64,000 nucleotides of DNA from Euprymna scolopes. Its lineage: Eukaryota. The notes below the pieces were generated by a model, which searched no databases, was not told where the DNA came from, and saw only the letters and a list, made by a program, of their open reading frames with translations. A program made the translations under genes and the position numbers. The DNA is taken from assembly GCA_053919585.1 (NCBI GenBank), contig CM132808.1; one strand, 5' to 3'. Position 1 is the first letter of the stretch. Every line of letters begins with the position of its first letter. Positions 37,264-49,960 of this stretch are shown here, in pieces.

Positions 37264-40200
37264 TCTATATATATATAAAAGCGAAAATGTGTGTGTGTGA
37301 GTGTGTGTGTGTGTCTTGCAAAAACTTTCGACACAGGCCACGGATTTTCGCCAGATAGGTATCATTTTAAAGCTCCAACCTTCGTCCGACAAATATCGAA
37401 AAATTGGCCAAAAATATTAATTCGTTCACCCTAAATTGGGCCCTTTTCTACAAGGAGGGTGCCGAAAAAATCGTTCCTTCATTTTTTCTGCTCCTGCTAC
37501 TACGACAATGACGTCATGTTTGACCTTGAAAACGTTCACGTTAGTTTAAACCACCTGCAAGTGTTTTTAAAGGTTTAATTTTATCCATTATTAAGTGTAT
37601 GTCCCTTTGGCGTAGGGGTAATGTGTCGGCCATTTTTTTCTACCTTAGCCTCGATGCTCCGGGTTCAAGTCTGTCTTTCTACCTAAACTTTTTATTTTAC
37701 TTTTTTACATTTGTTCGTTGTTTTGCTTTGTTTTGGTTTTTCCAATATTTCTTAACATCCTGTTTTTTTTTTATAATATTAAAACAGGGTCATCCTCTCC
37801 TACATACACCCCCTCCCAAACACCCGGGCAACGCCGGTTGGTTGGTTGGTTGTTTTTGTTTTGCGGCATATCAACCCTTTTCGGGTTATTTAATGCCGAA
37901 TCCAAAGATTTTGAAGAAAAATTTTTTTAATAGAATATATTTATTGTTTTCACGTCGGTTTCTATTTAACCCATAGTTAGGACCCTAACAGGTACTACCA
38001 CTCCGGGTCAGAGTGGACCTGGGAGCAATGGTAATTAAAGGGTAGCTCCACACTTCCCAAAGCCCACAAGCTGGGGCCCTTGTTTAAGGTCATATCCAGG
38101 ACCCTCATTGAGACACTTTTACCCTCTGGAGGGGGGCAGTCGGCGTATTCTAATGCCCCACTGACAGGGCCACCGGGCAACACCGGGTATCACCGCTAAT
38201 CTATATATATAAAATGTGTGTATGCATGTATGTGTGTTTGTGTGTCTGCTAAAGACTTTCGACAGACACGACGAAAATTCACAAACTCGGTATCATATTG
38301 AAGCCCCATCATATTGAAGCCCCATCCTTCACTCGAATAATATCGAAAAATTGGCCAAAAACGTTCAAATTGACAATTTTCGACGGAGGATGGGGGTGGG
38401 GGGGTCAACAAAAACAGTCTTCTCGTGACGATGACCAGTTCTACACATGCGCCAGATGACGTCATAACCTGATTTACTTTAAATAGTTGAAAAACTGAAC
38501 TAATTTCATGTACGTCGCGTTAGGTCAGTTGATTAGTGCGTTGGTTCATTATCTAAACGTTTTGGGTTCGAATCATGGTGTGAGATGTCTTTTTTTTTTT
38601 TTTGATTTTTTAAATTTAAATATTGAACCAGTGTTATTTAAGCCATTTTTCACGTAACGTTTGTTTTTCTGTTTTTTGTTTTTTTTTTACTTCGCTTATC
38701 CACCCCCGACCACACACCCAAAAACACCCGGGTACCTACCGATTTTTTAAATTTTAATATCGAAACAGGCTTATTTAAGCCATTTTTCACATGTTCGTTT
38801 TTCTGTTTTCATCGTTCGTTTGCCTTACGTTAGTTTTTTTTCGATGTTTTGATTACCCCCAGCCCGCTTAAGTTTTAACGTTGTTTTCTTTTTTACTTTG
38901 CTTATAACAATGCTTACGTCGTTGTTGTCGTCGTAACACTCGACGACTTCCGTGCACGCACCTGTCAATTTGGTTCTTACTTAAATAAATTCAAACATCT
39001 TTCAGTAACTCATTCCGGCTGGCCGATTTTATTTTCAAACTTTGCCTCAGGGCTTCGGGTTCAATCCTACAAACTTTTACCCCCCACCCCACCCGGTTTC
39101 TTTTTTATTTAACACCACACACACCTCCAAACACCCGGGCAATGCCGGGTACCCCCACTAGTATATATATAAAAGCAAAAATGTGTGTGTATGTATGTTC
39201 GCATTTTTTGTATGTCCGAGAAAGGCTTTTTTCTGAGAAGCAATCGGTCGACTCACTTCTTAAAACTTTTTATATCATGTCTAAATGATAATATCAACGA
39301 GCTAACAACGGGGGTCGCCTGTCTATTTAATTTGCTCGACTTTGAAAGATAAATATTCAACATTTTTCAATCGCCGCATGTGCATTAAGCTTTTTCGTAT
39401 AACAAACGCGAAACTAATTCTGGCGGCAGAGTTCCGGTCGCGATCGCCGGAAACGTCCGAAAGCAATCAGCTTTGATCAATGTGGAGTTTCTCCTTATAT
39501 CAGACAATTGCTATTCAATTTGGACAATCCCCTTTTTATGGGGAGCTGGTTTTCCCCACAACATCTTGGGGAAACAAAAAAAAATAAATAAATAAAAAAT
39601 ACTGCCCCGCAGTCAAAGTTGACCTCATTAAGTATGAACACCTGCCAAGTTTTAATACTTAAATAAATTCAAACATGTTTCCGTTACTATTTCATGGTGG
39701 CCCAGTGGTTAACGTCGCACGTTTTTGTTTTCGCACTTTAATTTCCAACTTCCACTCAAGGGTTTGGGTTTGATCCTTCATAAATATGAAGGATCAAACC
39801 CGAACCTTTCAGGTCTGGTTGAAAAAGTTTGGCAGGTAAGTATTTTTTATTTTTTATTTTAACCTTTCCCGACACAAACACCCGGGTGTTTTGATTTACC
39901 TAAAACCACACACACCTCCAAACACCCGGGCAACGCCAGGTACACCACGCTAGTCTTTTTATATGAATCTCACTCGTATGTTTAAATGTATGTATGTATG
40001 TTTGCCTAAAAGTTTCGACAGAGGCGGCGGATTTCACAAGATTGGTATCATTTTGAGGCTTGACCCTTCGGACGACAAATATCGAAAAATTGGCTAAAAA
40101 CATTAGTTCCTTCACCATCAACTGAGCACTTTTCTACGAGGACGGGTCGCTTTTTATTGCCAATATTCTCGAAAGTCATCCTCTCTTTTCAATTGACTAG

Positions 40201-40334
40201 CCTTAATTTAAACCTTCGTCACTTTTTTCACGTTCTTTTCATCCATCATCGTATGGGTTCGAGCCTGCCTGCCTACTACCACTTTTTTTTTTTTTTTTTT
40301 TTGCTCAACACCCACCTTCAAACACCCAGGCTAG
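37264..40334 (+). mobile_element. Head-to-tail array of four Helitron-like elements (37264-38199, 38200-39161, 39162-39953, 39954-40334)
   Basis: Each unit starts with a (TC)tatatat/ataaaa-like head and ends in CTA(G/A); the first three have the ccgggcaa.gcc.gg hairpin. Units abut with no spacer. Confidence 0.85.
37838..38170 (-). mobile_element. (CAAC)n-tailed retroposon inserted in a Helitron 3' hairpin
   Basis: TSD ccgggcaacgccgg (37824-37837) / ccgggcaacaccgg (38173-38186). Confidence 0.9.
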
Positions 40335-40910
40335 TAAAAAAATAAATAAATCAACAATCATTATTTATATATATATATATTCGCATAATTGGACAGCATT
40401 CTTTGATTTATACAGATCTGGTTGAAACACTGCATATTTTTTTTTATCCATAATGATGGGCTAACTTTCTTGCGTTTGCTGGCGAATTTAGGCAAATTTC
40501 TCTACTTTCTTGCAGAAAATGCAAAAAAGTTAGCCCGCCATATTGAAAAAAAAAAAAAAAAAAATGGACAAAAAAAAAAAAAGTGTATATAGAGTTTAGC
40601 ACCGATATTCAACAAGGCATATATACATATAATATATAATTAATAATTTTTGTTCTTGTTTTTATTAGCAATAGTAGCAGCGTTGGAACGATGCTATTGT
40701 ATTCAAATTTACTTATGTAAATGATAGAATTTTTACTCCCTTGCACACAAATTCATGCATTAAGTCGTCCCTTTTAATGGGTTATATTTATATTTATATT
40801 CTTAATTTTTTATGTGCATAAAAGTTTTCCATAAACGTGCATTTCTTGCTAACTAGCAGTCATCAGAATGGATTGACTTTGGCAACAATCGAGCCCACAA
40901 CTACATTGTC

Positions 40911-41180
40911 TGTTGGTTGGTTGGTTTTGTTTTACGGCATATCAACCCTTTTCAGGTTATTTGATGGTGAATCTAGTGATTTTGAAGAACGATTTTTTAA
41001 TAGAGTATATTTGCTTTTTTTAAGTCAGTTTCTATTTAACCCATAGTTGAGACCCTAACAGGCACTACCACTCCAGGTCAGAGTGGACCTGGGAGCAATG
41101 GCAATTAAAGGGTGGCTCCACACTCTACAAAGCCCGCAAGCTGGGGCCTCAGGATATAGTTTAAGGTTATATCCAGGACC
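40911..41180 (-). mobile_element. 5'-truncated copy of the (CAAC)n-tailed retroposon
   Basis: Same sequence as 32111-32435 but lacking the gccctgtcgg head. Confidence 0.85.
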
Positions 41181-41211
41181 GTATGTAGTTTGGCGTTTAT
41201 ATAAACTTAGG

Positions 41212-41267
<56 letters not shown>

Positions 41268-42193
41268 ATGCATAGAATTCACTCCTAAACTAATTAACCG
41301 ATCATTATGAATTCATGAACACAGCTGGTAGACGAACTGTATTTAGTAAAGATAAAAAGGGAGAGGAAGCCTTGTATAACAATTAAGATAGTTTCTACTT
41401 TTGTGAAATTTTAACAGTATATATAAAGCATCAATTAATAAATATTCCTCAATTGCTCTATTGTATCCAGTTTTTTTTTTTTATGGCGACCATTTAAAAA
41501 TAATTCAGACTTAGAAAAAATATTTTCTGAACAGAATTAAATCGAATTATATTTTTTTTTTTCTTAGCAACAGGCTGAAACATTCCTTGGCCTGCTAAGA
41601 GCAAAGTACAGCATCTGTTCTGATACTGCACTTCATCTTTTCTGTTCTCGGTCAGTGGAGGAGAAATCCTTCTAGACGGAGACAATTTTAATTTTTATTT
41701 ATATCCAAAGTACTCCTTTTTGGGAAGCTGGATTGCCCCCACATAAAAACCGACCTTGTATCTAACTCTGCCCTCGTGGGGAGGCAAGTAAAAAGGAACA
41801 TACTGCAACACTCGACAAGAAAAACTGCTGAACTAAAATAAAATCTTGATTTTGTGAGAAGAAAACTAACAATGACAAAGAGACTGACTTTACTTTATAT
41901 ATTACATTTTACACTTGCAACACCTTTGGTCGTTTTATTTGTACGGCATATTAACCCTTTTCAAGTGATTTAATGCTGAATTCAGTAATTTTGGTACAAG
42001 TTTTTTTGCTTCAAGTTCTTTACACGTTCAAATATTTATTCATGATGCTTGGCTTGTTTTTTTGTTTGTTTGTTTTTTTTTAAAGAAAAAGTATTGTTTT
42101 TTTTTTGTTTCGGCTTTACAGAATATGATTAAGTTTTGCAAAGAAAAAGGAAAATAAACAATAACATCATCGTTTGGTGCATTTTAGATCAGG

Positions 42194-42543
42194 ATTGGTT
42201 GGTTGGTTGTTTTTGTTTTACGGCATATCAACCATTTTCGGGTTATTTAATGCCAAATCCAAAGATTTTGAAGAAAAAATTTTTTTTAATAGAATATATT
42301 TGTTGTTTTCACGTCGGTTTCTATTTAACCCATAGTTGGGACCCTAACAGGCACTACCACTTTGGGTCAGAGTGGACCTGGGAGCAATGGTAATTAAAGG
42401 GTGGCTCCACACTCCCCAAAGCCCACAAGCTGCGGCCTCACCACTGGATATAGTTTAAGGTCATATCCAGGACCCCCATTGAGGGACTTTTTACCCTCTG
42501 CAGGGGGGCAGTCGGCGTATTCTAATGCCCCACCGACAGGGCC
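42194..42543 (-). mobile_element. (CAAC)n-tailed retroposon nested in the 4378-type repeat
   Basis: Full-length copy with atcagga duplicated on both sides. Confidence 0.9.
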
Positions 42544-43261
42544 TCGTATCAGGAAGTCGGTATCTTCAGACAGCCTGATCTGGTAGCACCACAAAACGAT
42601 AAAGATTTTATTTTATGTATTATATTTTAAACTAGCGACAACTTAGATGGACAATAAATGCATTATTGTAAAAACACCAATGCCTTTTATTAACTTTAAT
42701 TACTTAAAAAAAAACAAAAACAAAAAAAAAACAACAAGAGCAGAATCCTCATAAGAAAGATTGGACTTGTATTTTTTTTTGCAGCATCATGAATGTTTAT
42801 TTCATGTGACGTACGTAGATTTAGATTTGTTTCTTTTTCATCTTGGGTTCGATGCAGAACAAGGAGCACCCATTTAGCTCTTTCGGGTGAAAAAGAAACT
42901 GATCCACACAAAGAAAGTCGACACGTGGTTTGTGCATGTCTGTCAAGCACCATTACTAAACAGAAAATAATCCAAGATAAAAGCATAGCCTTGCGGTAAT
43001 ACGCACGCAAATTCCTTGCTTGTCACACTCTGCTACAATCAATCCATGGAGTTCGCAACTCTATATGAATGGACACATTCGAGTCGAGAACCGCATACGT
43101 TTCACTAGCTCACTGTTATGTTGGCGGTTATCAGGCTGGTTATTAATGCTGTCCATTGGTGGTTTACTTCATGTATTCATTTCTTTTTGCTCGTCATTAG
43201 CGATTTAGTTCAATGCGTCATCGTTCAATCAGTATTTTTTTTTTTTTTGTTTTTTTAACTC

Positions 43262-43450
43262 ACGTTCACCCCAAACAAGTCATATCATCACTTGGACGGA
43301 AGAGGCTACTATTTAGAACTATGCTTAGGGGAAGATAACCAAGATCTTGGTTTAAGATACATTTAAACTTCTGCATGTCAGTACAGCCTGGGAAACAGAT
43401 AGCAGGCAGGGAATTCCAAAGTCTAATCCGTCTGAAGGAAGAAACGGGTT
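43262..43450 (-). mobile_element. LINE 3' end fragment
   Basis: gggaattccaaagtcta...gaaggaagaaac is the reverse of PFLPSDGLDFGIPC (frameshifted SFFPRxxRLWNSLP); shares the tgttcaccccaaacaag 3' UTR with 30335-30670. Confidence 0.65.
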
Positions 43451-43560
43451 TGTATTACTGTACACAGATTCGAAAAAGTGGTCAAAAATTAAAATATACA
43501 ACAAAGAAATATTAACATTAGCTATAAAACTTACTGTGCAACCCACCTGAATCATTAGTG

Positions 43561-44358
43561 GGTACTTGTGCATAGACCAACAAAAATGATATTTGTAGGA
43601 TCAATTTTTTTTTTTTAACAAATAATAGTGAGTAATTGTTTTTTATGAAACGTTCCCCACCCACAACTATTTACGTACAAAAAAAGAAAAAGTCGTAAGA
43701 AAAAGGAAAGGAACAAAACTTTTTTCTTTTTTTTTTACGGGATCTACAAAATTAAGGTTGTGGTGGTTCATCGTTAAATAGTGATACCCCTCTCCTCCCA
43801 CTTTGCTCCAACAGTCTGATACGACCGTGCGTGGTCCCCGCCAGAATGTATTTTCCTATTAGTGGAAGGAGGGTTTCGGCATTCCTATTGCTACGTTAAC
43901 CAAAAAAACAAAAACAAAAAAAACCCTCCTTTTTGGCGGGGTCGGCGTATCCACCGAGGACCCAGACCGGTGTTAGACGTCTGCCAACGTTATGTTTCCA
44001 GTGGTTGAAGAAGACAGACTCGTCGATTTTGACCGTATGGTCTGCTGGGCCTCCTATCTGCTGGGGATTCCTGAGAAAGTATATCTCACAGGAAATTCTT
44101 CCAGTCCACAATTGTGTGGCGTGACCGCAACCAACATTCGCGCTGGAGATTCCTAGTCGCCGCCATCTCGAACGCCCATATCGGAATTCTCGTCTGCTGC
44201 GCGCATGCGCGTCGAGTTGAAACTAAGCATGCAGCGTTTTGATTGGCTGATGACCATGTTTCGTCAGACACCAGCAAAACCTGAGCTGCGGACGTTATGC
44301 GTCGGACAAAGCCGAGCAAATGCTGAGTTACGTCTGGTTCGTTAAATGCACAAGTACC
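43561..44358 (-). mobile_element. Internally deleted Merlin (IS1595/ISXO2-like) DNA transposon
   Basis: Minus-strand QIGGPADHTVKIDESVF...VGRR...WVLGG...KEGF / NRNAETLLPLIGKYILAGTT / VVSDCW / GYHYLTMNHHNLNFVDP. Perfect 13-bp TIRs ggtacttgtgcat; degenerate 8-bp TSD cattagtg / gattaatg. Confidence 0.85.
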
Positions 44359-44814
44359 GATTAATGTTTTAAAGTAGTTTTAAACGCTCTTTATTTCATA
44401 TCAAATATGAACTTTTTACGAATGTTTTTAAGAATTTAAGATGGCCAAAACTTACTACTTGTTTACAGGGAAAAGCCTCGTTTTCAAATTTTAATTTCCA
44501 CACATTTTGGTGGGAGGAGCTTCCCTCGTTCTTGTTTTCGGCACATGGCTCTGCGGACCTTTTGGGTATACATTTTTTTGAAGTTTCATCCTTGTAATGA
44601 AAATATTTGTAAACATTACATTTAATTTAGATAATTATTGCACACAAATACTAATTTCTTTTAAGTTTTTTTTTGGGGGAGAGGCTTCTTTTAATTTGGT
44701 GGGGGGGGATTTTACTGATTTTTGTTTTCATTGAGGGAGGAGGCGACGGCAGGCGGTGGGGGTGTTATTGCGGCAACAATGGAACAGGGGTTGGAGCTTA
44801 GTTCTCCTTAATGT

Positions 44815-44905
44815 GTAAGTGCCTCAGGGGTCGATCATTGGACCACTATATTATTCCTGATATTCATTAACGATCTCCCTGATAACATTGTGTCCGAGAT
44901 GGGAT
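44815..44905 (+). mobile_element. LINE reverse-transcriptase motif remnant
   Basis: VPQGSIIGPL, then after a frameshift LFLIFINDLPDNIVSE. Confidence 0.75.
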
Positions 44906-45116
44906 AATATAACGCTCCATAGTAGACATGAGGAAAAAAAAACCCGGATATACACAAATCTAAGGCAATTGCAAAATGCTTAGATAACAACCCCAAGACT
45001 ATAGTGGAATGGGACCATGAATGAATGCGACTCTATTACTCACTAAGTGTGTTCCAGTATCGACTGAAAGATAAACCACCATTGGTACTCTAGATCCATT
45101 TTCATTTTAGTTATTA

Positions 45117-45518
45117 CTAGCATTTCAGCCTGGTGTTGCCCGGTGTTTGGAGATGTATGTTGAGCAAAAAAAAATAAAAAGCGGTCGACATTTTTAACTT
45201 TGACCTCTATTATGACCCCTTAACATTTATTGTTTGGGACTCAAATTAAGTTATTAAGTTAGATCCATGTCCAAGGAACCGATATCTAAAATTTCAAGTG
45301 TTTAGACCTAAAATTGGCGGAGGAGTTTGGTAGAGTTCTCAAAGGTCAAAGCGTTGAACTTTGACCCCTTAACAGCCAAATTTCTGTCCGAAAACGGATT
45401 CCAAAGATTTTCCCAAATCTCATTACCCTATATATCAAATTTCGAGTCTGTAAACTTAAAATTGATAGAGATATTGTATAGGGAAATGTACACACACAGA
45501 CACGTTCACTTTTATAGA
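45117..45518 (-). mobile_element. Internally deleted Helitron-like element (18830/36173 family)
   Basis: Reverse-strand copy with both termini (a|ctagcatttcagcctggtgttgcccgg ... ttttataga|t). Confidence 0.85.
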
Positions 45519-45807
45519 TACAAGATAATCATAAAATGCTAGATATAAAAATTGATGTAGAAGAATAGAGGGCAAACTCATTTTATTATGCAAGTATTCG
45601 AAGTAAAATGACTTAAGGATTACATGTAGTTTTTTTTTTGTACAAAGAAGTCACCCCTTATCAAGGCCTAGAGGCCACACGAGGATAAGGATTAATCAGT
45701 GTACAGTAGTCAATAGAAAAATGTTGTGGTAATCGTTAGTAGTGGGAATTGGGTAAATTGGATTACTTTAGGGGAAGGCTCATCAAGAACAAGGTGGGTG
45801 AAGAGGT

Positions 45808-46000
45808 ACCTATTTACTATGCCTCCCCACGGGACAGAGTTAGACACCAGGGTCGTTTTTTAACGTGGAGAAAAGGTACAAAAATAAAAATTGTCTCAGT
45901 CGTGAAGGACTGATCCTCCACCGAAAGAGAACAAGAAATGGAAGTGCAGCATCTGAAGAACAGATACTACACTTTGATCTTGACCAAAAGGCCAAGAGGT
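45808..46000. mobile_element. Short dispersed repeat; near-identical copy at 61882-62070, diverged pieces at ~580, ~22050 and ~41740
   Basis: cctatttac.atg.ctccccacgggacagagttagacacca...cagatactacacttt.atcttgacc is shared. Confidence 0.75.
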
Positions 46001-46119
46001 AGGACAGAGTTCAGACTATGGCAACTTTTAATTAATTTTAATTAATTTTATGCAGGAGGATAAAAATTACAACCAAGACAGTAGCAGAAACTCGCCATGA
46101 AGCAAGCAATCAACATAAG

Positions 46120-46750
46120 ATATTGTGTTTTGAAAGGCCGCTACGAAAAAGGTGGGCTCTCTTCACCGCGCTAGAAAGTTACTTACGCCTGAAGGTATCA
46201 TGTATCTCTACAAGGCCACAATTCGTCCATGTATGGAGTATTGTTGTCACATTTGGACTGGTGCATCTGCTACTAGTCTCTTGCTCCTGGACAGGGTTCA
46301 AAAAAGAGTCGCCAACCTTATAGGTCCTGAACTGTCATTTAAGTTTCAACCTCTGTCCCATTAACAAAATGTTGCATCTCTCTGCCTGTTCTAAAAGTAT
46401 TTCAATGGTGAATGCTCCAACGAACTACAAGTCCTTGTACACATTTGACGTAAATACCCTTGACAAACCCGACAAGCAATAAAATCTCACCCCCACACGG
46501 TGGAGATCCCTAGGTGTAAGAAAGCCTTCTACTCCAATAGTTTCTTCCCCAGAGCTGCTAGACTTTGGAACTCGCTTCCGGGTTCCTGCTTTTCCAACTG
46601 TACTGACATGCAGAAGTTCAAGTGTAATGTGAAAAAATATTCTGCTACAACTTCCTACATAGTATCCCTGCAACTTATGTCCCTGATAGTAGCCCCCTAC
46701 TTCAAAGTGGCACTGTGCCTTGTTTGTACTGAAAATGGAATAAAAAAAAC
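46120..46750 (+). mobile_element. 5'-truncated CR1/L2/Jockey-group LINE (ORF2 C-terminus, 3' UTR, A-tail); best-preserved copy
   Basis: GSLHRARKLLTPEGIMYLYKATIRPCMEYCCHIWTGAS...LDRVQKRV...QPLSH*...EIPRCKKAFYSNSFFPRAARLWNSLP, with in-frame stops and a terminal aataaaaaaaa. Confidence 0.9.
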
Positions 46751-47678
46751 AAAATAAAAACCCAGCTTACCTTATAGGCTTGTATATAATGATGTTTATC
46801 AGATGTTTTCACTTGTGAAGTAATCCATTTCGATAAAGTTAATGTGGGTTGTTGAGAGAGTAAATGCTCTTTTTTAGGGCTTTCCTCATGTTTGTTTTTG
46901 TTTTACTTGTATAGAATGGTGTTTATCGTTTTTGGGGGAAGGGGGAGTATTTCATTGCATTTATTAGTTTATTTACTCGTAAACTTGTATATAATCATGC
47001 TTGCGGAGATGTATTTCGCAGCATCTTACAGATAATATCGGGTCATCAGGAGAGAATACGCACCATTTCAGGGCCTTCCTCCCTGTGTTTCTGAATTTTT
47101 TAAATAAGAATTGATAATTTCTATCATTTGGATTATTCAAACTACTGCTCTCAACCACAGTGTTATTTTTACAATGTTTGGGACGATGTAATCTTCAAAC
47201 TTCTCCAGTTGTATTTTGTCAGGGATCTGCAGGGAATTTTGAACCTTCATTAAATCCATGAGGATAGCATGTTCTTATTCTGTCAGCCACGATCAAGTAG
47301 AAGGCTTAAGTAATTTGCAACTCTATTCTTGGAATCGTTCGCAATGAGAACTAAACCTTCAATTTGCTGAAGAGTTTCACTTTACAACGGAATTTTATCT
47401 AGTATTTAATTTGCTCTGCCATAGGTTAGGGTCAAAACTAAAACTTTTATCATTATCATCACTACTCTTATCTATATAAAATACATAAAGTCATTTCATG
47501 TTTGCGCTTATGTCATCACCTTTTCACACCTTAAAGAAAATGAGATTGTCCAATCAGTAAAGATGATGATTGATGAGTAATCCGATATTGCTGATGTAAA
47601 AAATTCCAACTTCTAGCAATTTTCATATGAATTGTTCCTAGATCAAATTGTGTCGCCCTTTTGGCTAAAATGGTACAA

Positions 47679-48129
47679 TCTATTATATAAATCTCACCTG
47701 TCTGTTTAAATGTATGTATGTATGTTTGTATGTCTGCCTAAAACTTTCAACAGAGGCGATGGATTTTCAAGAGATTGGTATTGTTTTGAAGCTCGACCCT
47801 TCGGACTACAAATATTGAAAAATTGGCTAAAAACATTAATTCCTTCACCCTTAACTGGGCACTTTTCTACAGGGAAGGGGGTCGCTTTTTTTTTTTTTTT
47901 GCCGATGTTTTCAAAAGGCATCCCCCCTCTTTCGATTGACTAGCCTTAATTTGAACATTTATCACTTCCGGTTTTGTAAGGGCGCAACAGCAATAACGTC
48001 ATTATTTTTGTTCACATTCTTTTCCTCCTTCGCAGTACAGGTTCGAGCCTGCCTGCCTTCTATCACTCTTTTTTTTTTTTATCAATACACACCTCCAAAC
48101 ATCCAGGAAACGCCAGGCACCCAGGCTAG
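47679..48129 (+). mobile_element. Non-autonomous Helitron-like element (paralogue of 39954-40334)
   Basis: a|TCtattatataaatctcac...ccaggaaacgccaggcacccaggCTAG|t. Confidence 0.8.
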
Positions 48130-48585
48130 TTTTATATAAATTTCAAAAAGCGTCATTGGTTTTATTGATTTTAAAAATAATTAAACTGCTACCAATTTAA
48201 ATAAATAAATAACTAGAGAAGAAACGTATTCATTTTTTTAAAGATTATTTAGCTGACAATGGCAATTATTTTTCTGGAAGTCATATTTTCTTAATAGTAT
48301 AAACCCTGACAGAAATTTATTATTTCTAAAGGAATGTCATTATTAAGGGCAAATCATACAGATTGATGCAGAAAATAACACACAATTGACAATATGTATA
48401 TCTACTATATAAAAGTCACTTTGTGTGTGGGTCTGAATTCTGAAACGCCTGAGCCTATCTTTTACAAGTTTCACACAAAGGTAATTTATATCTCTGGCAG
48501 TGTTTTAGATATGTTTTGTACAGAAATTCATCTGGTAAGTATTGAAAAAGGAAAAAAAAACGATCCTAAAAATAGTCTTTCTTTC

Positions 48586-48633
<48 letters not shown>

Positions 48634-49666
48634 ATTGCAGAAATTCCCCTCTGAACCAAAGTACCATAGGCTTGCAACAACAGATGCCACATACAAATTT
48701 CTTATGTCTAGACTATGTCACTATCTTATGTAACTTTAGAACGACATTTTAGACACATTTAGTCGTTATAATAAAATCCTACATTTCATCCTCAGAGCAA
48801 CATCACCACAATCACAACGATCTTTAAAGGCAGTAGTCCTATTTTTTCCTCTAAATATTAAGTCCTTCTACCATCCCCAGTCAACACCGGGAGGTAATAT
48901 ACACATACATATATTGTGCTTGCACCCTTCATAACTGGATCATAAACACATAGACATAAGCTAATCTTTCTCTTTTCCAATTCTAAAAATATAAAGTCTT
49001 CCCAGACTAATTCCGCTCATTCTGATTGGCTGATCTCTGACCATTCCTACATTCCGGATTAACGGTATTCGCATGCTAAACAAATGCTAATGTACCATTC
49101 AAATATGGCATCACACTAATATTACTTTTGCTCCCTGAGTAAATTTCTGCATTCATTTTCTTACATTTTATGGCATCAACACTATCTACACCAGTTTGTA
49201 TTTCCTCTCTCTTTCTCTCCCTATCTCTCTCTATATATATTCTTCCCAACTCTCTTTCTCTCTCTCGTGATTTTTATATTTTTTTATGCAGAAGAAAAAA
49301 AATACATTTCACGAAGATGCCGACAAACATTTATTTCTCTCTTTCTCACTCACTTGTTTTGTACATTTCTTTTTAGTGCCGAAGAAAAAACATTTCACGG
49401 CGTCAACGTTATCTACAACAGTTTCTACTTGGGGCAATGATTACATATGAATACATAACGAGGTTCTCATTTATATAGCTCAATAGTGCAATACTAGAGC
49501 TATAAATATTTTTTATTTAAAAATAACCTATTAATAGGGATATCTTTTAGTATTTACTCATTTTCAAAAAGTTATTCTTTTATTGATTACAACATTGCAT
49601 ACAATTGTTTCAGCCCTCAGGTTTTAGCAAATATGTGTTCTTTCCTGTCACATATTTTTGCTAGTC

Positions 49667-49960
49667 TTAGAGGATAATATAATGGTGAACGAACTACATA
49701 CATTCCCCCTCAAAGGAAGAGTTAATCACTTAGAGGATTATAATATGACAAAAAAAAAAACACGACTCCTCAAGAAGGAGTTAATGCCTGGAAGGATGAT
49801 ATCATGACAGAATAGATAGTAAACTATGTCTCCTCTCCACAAAATAAAAAAAAGGTAATCTTTAGAGTATGGTATCATGAGGAATGAACGTATACTATGT
49901 CGTCCTCCCCAAGATGGAGGTTATGCTTGGGAGGAGTATACCAAGACAAATGAAAGTAAA
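49667..49960. repeat. Diverged ~60-70-bp minisatellite (~5 units)
   Basis: Recurrent ttagaggat.atat.atga...ctcctc...aggagttaat motif. Confidence 0.6.

Noticed and set aside
38515-38585. Functional tRNA gene
   Set aside because: A/B-box-like motifs are present but the acceptor and anticodon stems do not pair; it lies inside a Helitron-like repeat.
41316-41335. 14-nt match to the 5' part of miR-317 (tgaacacagctggt)
   Set aside because: The 3' part diverges and there is no complementary arm to form a precursor hairpin.
42480-42543. HDV-like ribozyme at the retroposon 5' end
   Set aside because: Only a simple gtcgg...ccgac hairpin is evident; I could not build the nested double pseudoknot by eye.
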